NCBI GenBank assembly: GCA_032718475.1
Contig: JAUCBJ010007516.1
Coordinates: 1-34,404, forward strand
Reading direction: 5' to 3'
DNA: 34,404 nucleotides
DNA from: Nemertoderma westbladi
Taxonomy: Eukaryota; Animalia; Xenacoelomorpha
Both the position numbers and the translations under genes were made by a program. This document shows positions 11,820-25,505 of the stretch, in pieces (position 1 is the first letter of the stretch; every line of letters begins with the position of its first letter). The notes under the pieces were generated by a model. The model was not told where the DNA came from. It ran no database searches and saw only the letters and a program-made list of their open reading frames with translations.

Positions 11820-13454
11820 CACAGCACTGCCATTACCATATTGAGATTACTGTATTCAGGCAGTCAGGCTGTCAGGTAGTACTGTATTACATTACAGTAC
11901 AAGTACCGGTACTGTATTACAATGCAGCAGTGCACAGTGTATTATACCTATCATTGTATCAGCCTATTTCAGTACCAGTATACTGCTGTACTGCTCTACT
12001 GCTCTACTGCAGTACTGCTATCCGGCTATAGTATGCTGACTGCTGCATTATACTGTTCTAATACAGTAATACCAGAATACAGGAATACCGGTACTTCTGC
12101 ACTGTACTCAGCAGGTACTGCTGTACGCTGTCAGCTGTAGTACCGGTAGGCCCTACTGTATAGTACCAGTACCTGACCATACCAGCTCACTGTACACTGT
12201 ACGACTAGAGATTACCCATCTCACGCTCACCCTGTCACCTCTCTGCCTGTATATAGGCTATAGGCCTAATACATAATAGTTTAAGTACCGGCTGACCGGT
12301 ACAGCATACAGCCCACATACAGACATACTGTCATACAGTCATAGGCCCAATCTGCCAATCCAGCAATCTGTGTAATAGGCCTACTGCAGTACTGTACAGT
12401 ACAGCTCAGCAGCTGTAATACTATACAGCAACAGCTATAACAGTCTGACAGTACTGCAAGGGCTTTTTAGGGTTAAGGCCTACTACCAGACTTCTGGATT
12501 TAATAGGGTAGCCTAACAGCTTAATACCCTACATAAATAATATGAATTAGAAATTTATATAGCTGTACTGCTGTCTGGCTGTGATGTACCTGGAATAAAA
12601 TATAGCTATAAAAAAGCTATAACAGTACAGCAGTAGGTAGGGTAAAGCTATAGGCCTAAAGTTAAAATAAAGCTATAAATTAAATTAAACTAAATTGCTA
12701 TAAAGTTGTTCAGTTGTTGTTTGTTCGGACTATAAAGTTATGTCAGTAGGCCTATGTGAGTTAACCAGTTAACAGGTTGACTACCGGTATACTCAGATAC
12801 TATAGTTATAGTACCGGTCGGCTCGGTACAGTCAGGAACACTGGTCACAATATGTCCAATTTACAGCCAGAATGTGTCCGCGGAAAACGCTCTCAGAGTG
12901 AAATTTCTCCATAGAAAACAATGCTAAATTTCATTTGAAAACCGGCAGTGAAATTTTAACATTCAGTCGGTGAGAAGTCAAAAATTGGACTTCAAGTCCA
13001 ATTTTAGACTTCAAGTCCAATTTTGGACTCCAAAGTCCAATATTGGACTTTAGTACAACTCCAAGTGTACCCATGCTGCCATACTGTATATCGGTATTTA
13101 AATCAAAACTGCATCCCGTATCAGTACATATATATATTACATAATTACAATGCAACATTATTTTAATGATCAAATTAATTATTATATGTATTATAAACAG
13201 GGATCGCACACGTACAGTCAGACATCAGTAGTTACTTTTTGCGGTAGTGGTATAGCTTTGCGGTAGCCTTACTGCCTTAGCGGTGTATACCGCGGTAGCG
13301 TAGTGGAGTTATAGCTGTATAGTTCATTGTCATTCATACCCATACTGCCATACCTGTGGTATTTTCGTATGGCAAAAATAAGACTACTGTAAACTGTAAC
13401 CTATTATGTTATTGAGTTAATATTTATTGACTAATTGCAGAATTGTTTTGATTA

Positions 13455-13818
13455 GGTTCACTGTGTCAAGTACAATGCACACATCTCTGCATCTCCAACC
13501 AAACACTATATAACATTGGAGTTGGAGGTGTCTCATTCAGTCATTGGTTCCCCCAAGCTTGACACTAGAACAAAGCCGCCTCCGCTTTGCAGGACATCGC
13601 TTTAAGCCGTGAGGACCAGCCAGTGCACCTCATGGAGTGAATAAGCATGGTGGACAGCCCATAACTTTCTTGAGACGCATCTTTATACTGTCTTAAAGGA
13701 CACTGGCCTTGAAGATGCGGATGATCTAGCAAATGTCATGGGTGATAAGGCTGTAAGAGTGTATGTAAGGGAGTTGTGGAGGCGCACTTTTGTCAACAAG
13801 CCGGCACAGCATTCTTAA
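13455..13818 (+). mobile_element. Degenerate 3' fragment of an RTE-like LINE
   Basis: Clearly homologous to 25974-26305 on the minus strand (e.g. gtgtcaagtacaatgcacacatctc, ccaagcttgacactagaacaaa, gaagatgcggatgatctagcaaatgtcatgggtga), with several small insertions. Confidence 0.75.
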
Positions 13819-13898
13819 TACATAATAGGGCCTATATATATAATCCATTTGCAATGCATCATGCCGATTGTAGTAGTAGTATGTGGTGAGGTTATAGG

Positions 13899-14636
13899 CC
13901 CGTATGCTAAGTGACTTTTTTGTGCGCCGAACGCGACGCGGCGCAGAAAAAAATGTGCGCCTGCGCAGTCGAAAACAGTGCAAAATCCGCGTGCGCAGCA
14001 GAAAAACTGCGCGAGATTGGCGCGCGCAGCAGAAATTCTGCGCGAGATTGGCGCGCACAGCAGAAATACTGCGCGAAATCTCCTACCTCTCCTACCTCTC
14101 AGCCTCTGTAGTACCGGTACTGTACCGTACCACCTACCCGCCTGCCTACTCTACTGGCTTAAGCAAGCCCTAAGCACACCAAGTAGGACGCTTTATTAGG
14201 CCTATATTATTGACATTACAGCATTGACATTACACATTGGCGTGGCGCGCACAGCAGAAATACTGCGCGAAATCTCCTACCACGTACCTGCCTGCCTACT
14301 GCTGTACTGGCCTAAAGCACACCAAGTAGCAAGTAGGAGGCTTATTATTTCAGTATTTCTTACAGTCTTATCTGTATTGTCATTACCCTGTTACCGGTAG
14401 TCGGCAGACTGCCAGGGGTAGGTCTACTTACCGGTACTGACTTAGTGCTGTAGTGCAAGTCTGAGCCGTGCTATCAATTTTCTGCGCCTGCGCCTGTCGC
14501 GCCGCGCTCTAAATTTTCTCTGCGCGGCGCTGCGTGGCGCTGCGCTGCGCTCTCAATTTTCTGCGCCTGGTCCAAATTCTGGAAAAAATTGTGCGCCGAA
14601 CGCGTTCGGCGTACATGCCCTACTTAGCAGAATGGG
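13899..14636. mobile_element. GC-rich non-autonomous element (gcgc-repeat MITE)
   Basis: Imperfect TIR cccgtatgctaagt / acttagcagaatggg, with a flanking direct repeat ttatagg (7-9 bp depending on the boundary chosen). Internal gcgcagcagaaa repeats are inverted at the right end, and there is a palindrome gtgcgccgaacgcgttcggcgtac. Confidence 0.6.
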
Positions 14637-16773
14637 TTATAGGGCTCCTTCAATTGGTAAAGTCAAAAGTGGCCGTTTATTGTTTTAGTTAGAAAAGCCT
14701 GCATCTGTAACCTGTTCCTTTCCCTCAATTGGTTTATGATTAAGACATGTGTTACTTGTTACTTCTGTACTTATTATGTGGAGACCCCAACACATTAATC
14801 AGCGTTACTAATCCCATTTCATTATCCTGTTATCCAGCCGTTTTATAATACCCTTCCTGTTGTATGGTAAAATAAGAAGAGATGGTGGTAGCATCAACTT
14901 GTAGTATTTCTTTCTGATAGGGCTCCCATAGCCTTAGACGAAATCGTAGCTTGTACTGTAGTTAGCCTTAGCAGCCAGCTGCAGTTGGCTAGTATCCACC
15001 AAATATAATTTGTAATTAAATATTTGTTGGAGCATAATCTAATCTAGTCCTAAAGACACTATAAAGTCCTGGGTACAAAAAGTACCTGGAATGCTAGAAT
15101 GTACCATTATATTCTAAGTACAGTACAGTCATTACACTGAAGATACATACAGAGCTGCAAAGGTAACTTTCCATAACTTAACAGCTGTCTGGCTGTCTCT
15201 CATCTGTCATGCTTCATGTACCTTTAAGTTCGATTCTCAATGTCACGTCCAAAATTGGACTTAAAGTCCAATATTGGACTTTTGTAAAAATTCAAAGCCA
15301 TATAAAAAAAGTTCCCCCTGGTGAATTTCAGGTCCCCCTGTTCAAAACTCTTATTTTTTGATATATTTTCGATTAAAGAAAAAAAATCCCGCCCGATCCA
15401 ATTACCCAAGGCCCTGGAACAATTGGCTGATTTGAAGTCCAATATTGGACTCACAGAAGTCCAATTTTGGACTTGAACTGGAGTCGAAGTCCAATTTTGG
15501 ACTCAAGTCCAATTTTTGACTTCTCACCGACTGACATTGGCATTCTAAAAATTATGCCATTAGAACCGCCATAAAATTCTGTGTAAATTAATTTGAGAAT
15601 TAGAATCTCATCGTTGGGATAACTATCATAATATTAAAAATAAAAATGTGCCCAGCTTCTGCTTTGAGTACTATTGGAGTTACAGCCAAAATATGTCCGG
15701 AAAGATAATCGCAGCCTGTGCTGGTGAAGGACAAATAGTGGCTGCACGGACACTTTCTGGCTGTAAATATGTGGACAATTTTTGGCTGAGCTTCAGCCAG
15801 AAAGTGACCAGTGTTCCTAACTGCGGTACAGATTGTGAACAAAATATTAATTTGTGTAAGCTGGAAGCTGGTTACTGGGTTAGCGTAGTAGGCCTATATA
15901 AGCAAGCATTCTGACTGAGGCTGAGCGGGCTATAAACAGATAAACAGATAAAGTTACGTGAAGGTCAGAAGGTACCGGTACGGGCGGTACATAAAGTTGG
16001 TTGAGCGGACTATAAAATTCCGTTTGTGGACAGTACGCAGTACGAGTACACCTGTACACCGGTAACTGTATAAAGTTGTTTAACAGTTTGAGTGGACTAT
16101 AAATTTATGCATTATGTGAGCGCCTAGAACTAACTAGGCCTATAAAGTTTATGAACAGATTATAAAGTCAGAAAGTTCTATGAGCGTATTATAAAAGTTA
16201 AGTGAGAGTTATGCGGACTGTCTAACTGTACCGGTAGAATATAATATTTTTTATATATTTTTTATAATATTTTTATAGTACGCACCAAGGTTGCACCTTG
16301 GTCTATCCGTTTAGTTGGTAACAAGTTAGACCCAGAGTTCTTTGTGCATCTCATTGGGCTCAAACCTTGAGCTATTACTGTATTACCAGATTACTGGTTA
16401 CTGTTTATCCTGTTATCACCTGTGGTATTGCCTACCCGTGATAGTAACGTGTACCGTGTTAGTATTTCATATATTTATAATTAATATTTTTTATTTATAA
16501 AATACGCGTTCTTCTGTTCTTCGTACTCTTTCTGATTTTCGCGCATTATTTTTTCCGGATTATTTTGTAGGGATTGCAGTCGGTTGCTCTCTTTGCCACC
16601 ATTTCCCATCCTCCAGCCTTTCTGCCGTTAGTAAAGTCGATCTGAACAATTTTTTTCTAAAAGACCGGTCAAGGCGATATGAGCAAAGATATTTACCGAA
16701 AGTAGTAGCCTACCGTTACCGTACCTACCTACATCACATCACTGCATCACAACAGTTCCTTAGCGTAGCGTAG

Positions 16774-16949
16774 GTAATACCAAATGATCAGACCGTTGAG
16801 TTGAGTATACGGTACCGTAATATTCCTAATTGATTGTAAAAGATTCTACAATTATTACCGGTACTGAATTATTTAAGTCTTATTTTGCATTTAATTTTAA
16901 TCAAGTTACCTGGATACGGCAGTGCGATACTAAAATAATTCTTCTTCAG
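16774..16949 (+). other. Candidate 5'-UTR intron of UBE2G1
   Basis: Donor ag|GTAATA at 16774, branch-like tactaaa near 16929, and acceptor ttcttcttcAG ending at 16949. Confidence 0.4.
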
Positions 16950-17022
16950 TGATTGACAGACTGACCAGACCATTGACTGATAGACAAGCAAGATATTGCA
17001 GAATATTTTATCGAATGCCAAT

Positions 17023-17565
17023 ATGACATCGAACTCGCCCGCTGCCATCGGATCTCCCCATTCCACAAGCGGCGCCCTCCTTCTAAAGAAACAACTCATG
17101 GAATTAAACAAAGGCTCTTCGTCTAGCGACGGTTTCTCCGCCGGTTTAGTCGACGAAAGCGACATATTCAACTGGGAAGTCGTTGTGATGGGGCCTCCGG
17201 AGACATACTTTGAGAACGGAATCTTTAAAGCACGTCTCACCTTCCCCAAAGACTATCCCCAGAAACCGCCCTCGATGCGGTTCATCTCGGAGGTTTGGCA
17301 CCCGAATATCGCGAAGAACGGCGAGGTCTGCATCTCGATTCTGCACAGCCCCGGGGACGATGCGTACGGCTACGAGTCGGCGTCCGAGCGGTGGCTACCC
17401 ATACACACCGTGGAGACCATACTCATTTCGGTGATTTCGATGCTGGCGGACCCGAACGATGAGAGTCCGGCGAACGTGGACGCCGCCAAGGAATGGCGAC
17501 ACGATTACAACGGAGAGTTTAAACGGAAGGTAATGCGTTGCGTGCGACGCAGTCTCGATTCCTAG
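17023..17565 (+). CDS. UBE2G1: Ubiquitin-conjugating enzyme E2 G1 (Ubc7 family), single coding exon
   Basis: ALLLKKQLMEL...GFSAGLVDESDIFNWEV, HPNI...GEVCISILH (catalytic Cys), acidic loop PGDDAYGYESASERWLPIHTVETILISVISMLADPNDESPANVDAAKEWR. The first ATG is at 17023 (the ORF track starts at a TTG). AATAAA lies at about 17888. Confidence 0.95.
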   Translation: MTSNSPAAIGSPHSTSGALLLKKQLMELNKGSSSSDGFSAGLVDESDIFNWEVVVMGPPETYFENGIFKARLTFPKDYPQKPPSMRFISEVWHPNIAKNGEVCISILHSPGDDAYGYESASERWLPIHTVETILISVISMLADPNDESPANVDAAKEWRHDYNGEFKRKVMRCVRRSLDS

Positions 17566-17599
17566 ACTATTGCACCTCCGTCCCTCCTCTCTCCTAGCT

Positions 17600-17820
17600 G
17601 GGTAATTATTGGATCTATGCAGTTCGCGGTCTGTCTGTCTGTCTCTAAGTCAGTTTGTTATAACGTTCAGCTACATTGACTTAAGCCAATTGTTGATTTA
17701 GTTTTTTGGTTCGGTTTATTTAGAAGTCCCAAACCCGAAGTAATCTTATAAATTTTGTAGATTTCTGAGGTTATTAACAACTGATAGACCGACAGTCGGA
17801 CCACGAACTGCGTTATTCCC
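17600..17820. repeat. Small inverted-repeat element in the presumed UBE2G1 3' UTR
   Basis: gcagttcgcggtc (about 17619) pairs with gaccacgaactgc (about 17799). Outer gggtaat / attccc, with internal gtct repeats. Confidence 0.5.
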
Positions 17821-18166
17821 AACAATTAGATTATTTTCCTACACACATATGTTCCTTTAATTGTAAACAATTTAGTTTTTATTTTCCAATAAATAATTTA
17901 ATATATTTTATTATAAAAACCGACACCACATATGGAATATTAATATATAGTGTCGTTATTAAGGCACCTGCCCCCCCCCCCCCCACCCGCCATTATAGAT
18001 AGATTCACCTCCCTCCTCCTTGCTGGTTGATCCATAATTTTTATTTTCGCTTTCAATCTTTAGCTACAAGCGTTGAAAAAGGTGTCTCCGTCGATATTGC
18101 ACCAGTTACACTGCACTTATTCTCCAACCTTAAAGATATTTGTTGGTTCTAAAAGAAAGCCGGTCG

Positions 18167-18521
18167 TGCAAGGATTCCTAATATGTAACATAATCTAAAA
18201 TTCGTTGAAAAATAGCTGATATATGGGCGTTCGAAAGTTGAATGTATTTACTTCCGCTGTAAACCATTTATTCTATTTAATAAATACAACATGTTCTAGA
18301 ACATTCAGTTTATGTATGAATATCCATGTACTAGTATTATTATATAGTCATTGCATTGTTGCCCAGCTACGAATTAGATAAACAAAATGTTCTAGAACAT
18401 GTTGCATTTGTTATATAGAATAAATGACCTGCAGCGGAAGGTAATATGCAACTTTCGAATTCCCATAACTCGGCTATTTCTCAACAAAATTTAAGTATTT
18501 TACATATTTGGAATCCTTGCA
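18167..18521. mobile_element. Foldback/MITE with ~140-bp imperfect inverted arms
   Basis: tgcaaggattcc...ttcgaaagttg...cttccgctg...aacatgttctagaacatt is mirrored by aatgttctagaacatgtt...cagcggaag...caactttcgaa...ggaatccttgca. Confidence 0.75.
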
Positions 18522-18532
18522 AGGTTGTGAGC

Positions 18533-20411
18533 CAGAATTTTTATTTTCGCTTTCATTCTTTAGCTACAATCGTACCGGTACCTAATAATAGAACATTGAT
18601 GTATCAAATACACAACACATTGAATCTAAATTTCACACGTGGCTTATATCAATTATGGAGAGTCTTGTGCGTCTTTTGACACTAAAATTAGTCAAATTAA
18701 TGATGGGGAATATTAATAAAATGCTGTTTACAATTACAAACTCGGCAGATTGCCTGACCGGTATGTAAGCACTCAGCATATTACAGTATCTGAGTATTAC
18801 AGATTTACTTAATTAAGTTGGGTTTACCGGTGACCGGTACACATTTTTATTATTCAAATACCATAATACAAATTATAATAGTAACGGCTAACCGGTATTA
18901 TAATATAAATCTAATCTGTAGGCCTTAACCGTACTTAAAGGGGATCAGTACAGGCATTCAAATTTTTTTTCTGTTTCATTTAGAGCCGATTTTTATGAAG
19001 ATTACAAATTTGAAAACCGCTTAGCAAGATCTGTCTTACTTCTCGAGATATGGCTGTCTGTCCGATTGACTGTCGGTTTGTCCGTCAGTATGTCTGTCTG
19101 TCAATAAAAAGCAAACAATCTGTCCTAAAAAATTCCCTATATTGGTTTTCGTGGTCGGTGACTTCATTTCTGATGTCAATATTCAAATTTGGCCTCGTCG
19201 TTTCTGTCTATATGACTGTATGTCCGTCATAATATAACCGAAAGACTGACTGTAAAACAGACAATTTGGAAGTCATCAAATGTTAAATCTGACACTCGAA
19301 ATAAATTCTGCGACCAGGAAAATCCCTCTAGCTAAACGTTTAACTAGATTGTATGCCTTTTTCTTATATTTGACGGACAGATTGTCGGACAGTTATAAAG
19401 ACCGACAGACAGACAAACAAGATTGCATTAAAAGTAACTGACCTCAGAAATGAAATCAGCGACCAGGAAAACCCCATAGCAAAAATCTTAGCATGGTTTT
19501 GAGCTTTCTTTTTGCTAGGTATACAGTATATTGACAGACATTATTTCATTATAACAGACAGTTTTTGCGCGGGAAGGTTCAAATTTTAATTTTTCTCGGC
19601 TGCTATTTGAGATATAGACTTAAAAATTTATCACTGGGATCATTTTTTACCGTAGAAAAACGTGAACCAATTATTTTTTTAAATATAATGTACGCATAAA
19701 CACCGAATTGTAATTTTAATGTTTGTGACACTAATTATTTGGCTATTTTTTTTTTTTTTAATTCGGTCCATTTTTCAAAAAATAAGCTAAATATATTAAA
19801 AAATTGAAATAAAAAAAAATGGTTCACCAGAAAGCCCATTAAATTCCGGTTGGAATGCAAAACAGTTGGTCTATAAAGTAATCTGATGCGTTCTAAAAGT
19901 GTACCGCGGCTCAATAATAGTTTGTATGGATAAAATGACTGTACTGATCCCTTTAATACAGCTTGGAATGCAGTATTGCTGCTGGAAATACTGCTGGAAA
20001 CAGCATTTTATCAATCTTCCCCATCATGAATTTGACTAATTTCAGTGCCAAAAGACGCGCAAAATTCTTCGTTTTTGATATAAGTATATAGTATAGATAG
20101 TAAGTAATTGATATAAGCCACGTGAGAAATGATCGAGATTAAATGTGTATTTGAATGGATCTTGAATTATTGTCTAATGAAATCAAGATAAGAAATCAGA
20201 TCACTTTGTGGAGACGTCAAATATGTAGCATCCAACCACAGCCGATTTTCAAAATTGGCTTCCGCCATTTCGACCTTTTCCTCGTGTTTTTTTCACAAAA
20301 AACACACCCCGCCACTACTCGACTCAGGGCCCATATTAACCCTAATATCGTCTGAGACACTTTTTTTAGAACGCTTGTAGCTAAAGAATGAGAGCGAAAA
20401 TAAATATTCTG
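18533..20411. mobile_element. Nested TIR structure (outer and middle inverted-repeat pairs)
   Basis: Outer pair: cagaatttttattttcgctttcattctttagctacaa / ttgtagctaaagaatgagagcgaaaataaatattctg, with a third copy at about 18036. Middle pair: about 18615-18730 is inverted at about 19998-20150 (cacgtggcttatatcaatta; aaattagtcaaatt.atgatggggaa). Confidence 0.65.
18939..19952. mobile_element. Kolobok-like non-autonomous DNA transposon
   Basis: TTAA TSD (18935-18938, 19953-19956) and TIR aggg(g)atcagtacag.catt / aatgactgtactgatccct. RR termini with a TTAA TSD fit Kolobok rather than piggyBac. Confidence 0.7.
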
Positions 20412-20724
20412 CCTCACAGAGCAAAGGGGGTGGGGGTGAAACACGGTGTAAAGGGCATATTCTATAACATTTCACTGCGTAAAAAAATATAAAACATTTT
20501 TCAAGTAATTGTATATGTGTTTAACATCCATAGATTGTATAAATCCCCGCTGGTGGCGAATTCATTTTTTCCGCTCCATTTGCTATAGAGTTGGATCATC
20601 CTTCGTCCTGTTTAATTACTTAATAATTTTTCAAGTAAACTTTATTTGCTATAATATTTTCTTGTATATAATAATCCAATTGATCCGAATAAATGTGGGC
20701 ATTTATTGACTTGTTAACCTATGG

Positions 20725-21652
20725 CAGGGACATTATAGGATACGATACGATACGAAAAATCCCAGCAAGATACGATACGAATGCGGAAAAGGTTTCATAT
20801 TTTTTTTCGTATCGTATTTTATCTAAGAATTTATAATATGTATTGTATTTTATAATACACTTAGAAAATCATATAAATCTCTTTATAATAGGCAATATTT
20901 TTTATTTCAATGTTCCAGTATGCTTGCTACATACAGCAACAGTGCGGCATTAATTTACAAAATAATAAGATACGAAAATACGAAAAATATTTATTCGTAT
21001 TATACGATACGAAGTAAATTGTTATGATACGATACGAAGTAAATAATGGGTTACTAAAATCCCTTTGGGTGCGTTCATAAAGTATGTCACGCAAATTTTT
21101 CAGATTTTTGACCCCCCCTCCCCCTCCCCCCCTCTGTCACAAAGTGTCACACAAGCTCGACCCCCCCCCCCCCCCCCCCCTCTCTGTCACATTAGACAAT
21201 TTGTAATACCCGCCCCGACAAAAAATAATTTATTGTAATAATACACAATGTTTGTTATGCCAAAATACAATAGGCCTATAAATTCTATCGCTATATCTAC
21301 ATTTCCCCACGGGCAAGTTAAGTGTTCTTATTCTATATTAATAACAGGTATTACAGTGTTGGAGTCAATGGCTTCTATGTCCTACTCAATTTATCGATTA
21401 TACTCAATGTTATTGAGTTTATTGTTTTCCTTAAAGTTACCCACTCTTCTATACATGTGTGAAAGTCAAAGCCGAGCTAACATTAAAGCATAGAACATCG
21501 CCGTGACCGTCACAAAAGTCGACACCCCCCTCCCCCCTCTGTCACAAAATGTCACGCAATCTCTAACCCCCCCCCCCCCACCCCCCCCCTAGTGCGTGAC
21601 ATACTTTATGAACGCCCCCTTTTCGTATAGTATCGTATCCTGTCCATCCCTA
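20725..21652. mobile_element. MITE with (GATAC)n subterminal repeats, hAT-like YAGGG termini
   Basis: cagggac...aggatacgatacgatacgaaa versus tttcgtatagtatcgtatcctgtccatcccta. No TSD could be recognised. Confidence 0.55.
21067..21619. mobile_element. PIF/Harbinger-like MITE nested in the preceding element
   Basis: TIR ggg(t/g)gcgttcataaagtatgtcacgca, 3-bp TSD ttt, and internal C-tract/gtcaca repeats. Confidence 0.8.
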
Positions 21653-21969
21653 CCGGTACAGTTTATTTTGTCTTAATTCTGTAATTTACACCTGAGAACA
21701 GCGGCCATTTGTTATTGAAAGCTAGTGAGTGAATATTACTCGGTGTTTGTGGAAGTTAAACCTTCAGTTTACTCTATATCAAAGTAAAATAAAGTAATAT
21801 GTGTGTAGAAAAGTAATTATAAGCCCCCCCCCACGTAACGAGATTATCTCATTTCAGTATTTTTTGCTAATATTTATTACATTCTGGTAAAATATAATAA
21901 AATATGTAAAATATAATCTATTAGTCTGTTGATTTTGTTTTTACAGTTTCTGAGGGCAGCCAGTATACC

Positions 21970-22352
21970 TAGTGTTTATACGGGATCAGTCTTATCGGGT
22001 TTTCCGGGATCGGGCCCGGGATTATCACTCTCGGGATCCCATTTTTCGGGATCCTGATTGTAATTTTGGATTAAATTCCTTAAAGTTAATAGTATATATA
22101 TGTGGTGGGTTTTGGGTAACACTCACTTTATCTTACACTTCTGAATTATTAGTAAGATAAAGTTATATTAATATTATTTTGCAATTGAATGATTACGGAT
22201 GGTTTACTGACATAAAAAATTATTTATAATTTCCGTTCTGCTGGAACTATTTATCAGATATTCAAGAAATTTACTTAACTATATTTACTTCGGGATCCCG
22301 TTCCAGAAAAGTCCGGATCGGTTTTCGGGATCGGGATCTGGTTTAAACACTA
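21970..22352. mobile_element. MITE with CGGGATC subterminal repeats
   Basis: TIR tagtgtttatacgggatc / gatctggtttaaacacta, with clusters of cgggatc at both ends. Confidence 0.7.
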
Positions 22353-22480
22353 AAATGTACAGATAGGAGGGGGGGGGGGGGACTTTTGTCTCGTTTCTGA
22401 GGGCAGCAAGTATACAGTATAGGGATCGTTCCAAAACGTGAAAAAATCAATAAAAAAATTTGAAAAAATTTAAAAAAAAA

Positions 22481-24561
<2,081 letters not shown>

Positions 24562-24949
24562 GGACCCGCAACAGTTTTAGACGTTAATGTATCAGAAAAC
24601 ATTTACTTGTATTCGTTATAGAGAACATGGACTCGTATTCATTTAATAATTACTGTATGAAATATGATTGTTGAAATGTTGATTTAAAAAAAAACATTTT
24701 TAATAAATTTTTTATGGATTTTAAACACGTTTTAGAATGTTGGCAAGATGGCATTACTGATCTTTATGGTTCACAAAATTAAATTTTTTTTTATATGTGT
24801 TTCTATGATTATTTCCGTTCTAGAACTTTTTTCTGGGTCATATTCTTTGTTGACAATGAATATTTTTAATGCTTGATAACTAGCTAGTTGTTTTACACAG
24901 TTAGTTGGTTGACTATTTTAAGTCAGCCAACATTCTTTTGAAAGATGCC

Positions 24950-25015
24950 CATTCCAGCGACTTTGTTGACCCAGACACTGGAACATGCACGAATCTTATT
25001 GAATGCATGTGGAAA
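24950..25015 (+). mobile_element. Merlin/ISXO2-like transposase fragment
   Basis: Reads HSSDFVDPDTGTCTNLIECMWK, matching the HS.NFVDP.TG.HTN.IE..W motif around the catalytic Glu of Merlin/IS1595-type transposases. Confidence 0.7.
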
Positions 25016-25059
25016 ATTACTGATTGTCTAGATATGGATTGAAATGATTATCTAGTTAG

Positions 25060-25505
25060 TATGTTTGTCTGTCTGTCGGTCTTTCTGACTATCCGACAAT
25101 CTATCCGTTAAATATAAGAAAAAGTTATATAGGGGTTTTCCTGGTCGCAGAACTCATTTTGAGTATCAGATTTAACATTTGATGATTTAACATTTGACGA
25201 CTGATGAATTTGTCTGTTTGGCTGTCAGGCTGTCGGTTATATTTTGACGGGCAGACTGACAGGCATACAAACAGAAAAGAAATGGCCAAATTTGAATACT
25301 GATCAGAAATGAGGTCACTGACCAAGACTGACCAAGAAAACCCATATAGGAAATTTTAAACAGTTGTTTTGGAGACATACTGACGGCCAGACTGACTGAA
25401 AACTGAAAAACGGACAGGCAGCCATATCACGATAAGTAAGATAGATTTTTCATATTAGTTTTCATATTTGGAATCTGGGTAAAAGTCTCCTCTAGGTGAA
25501 ATATA
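25060..25505 (-). repeat. Inverted partial copy of the Kolobok-like element interior (about 18975-19420)
   Basis: For example gtttgtctgtctgtcggtctt, tttcctggtcgcagaa, tcagatttaacatttgatga and cagccatatc are reverse complements of segments of 18975-19420. Confidence 0.75.

Larger units (their letters stand above)
12964..15533. mobile_element. Non-autonomous TIR element with 5-bp TSD, carrying nested insertions
   Basis: Perfect TIR cagtcggtgagaagtcaaaaattggactt, TSD acatt at 12959-12963 and 15534-15538, and subterminal aagtccaa/ttggactt repeats at both ends. Confidence 0.85.

Noticed and set aside
13726-14199. Overlapping Arg/Ala-rich ORFs
   Set aside because: They arise from the gcgc-repeat MITE and show no recognisable domain.
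16869-17434. Antisense and alternate-frame ORFs over UBE2G1 (likewise over the CRE element and FATP)
   Set aside because: Shadow ORFs of real coding sequence with no independent motifs.
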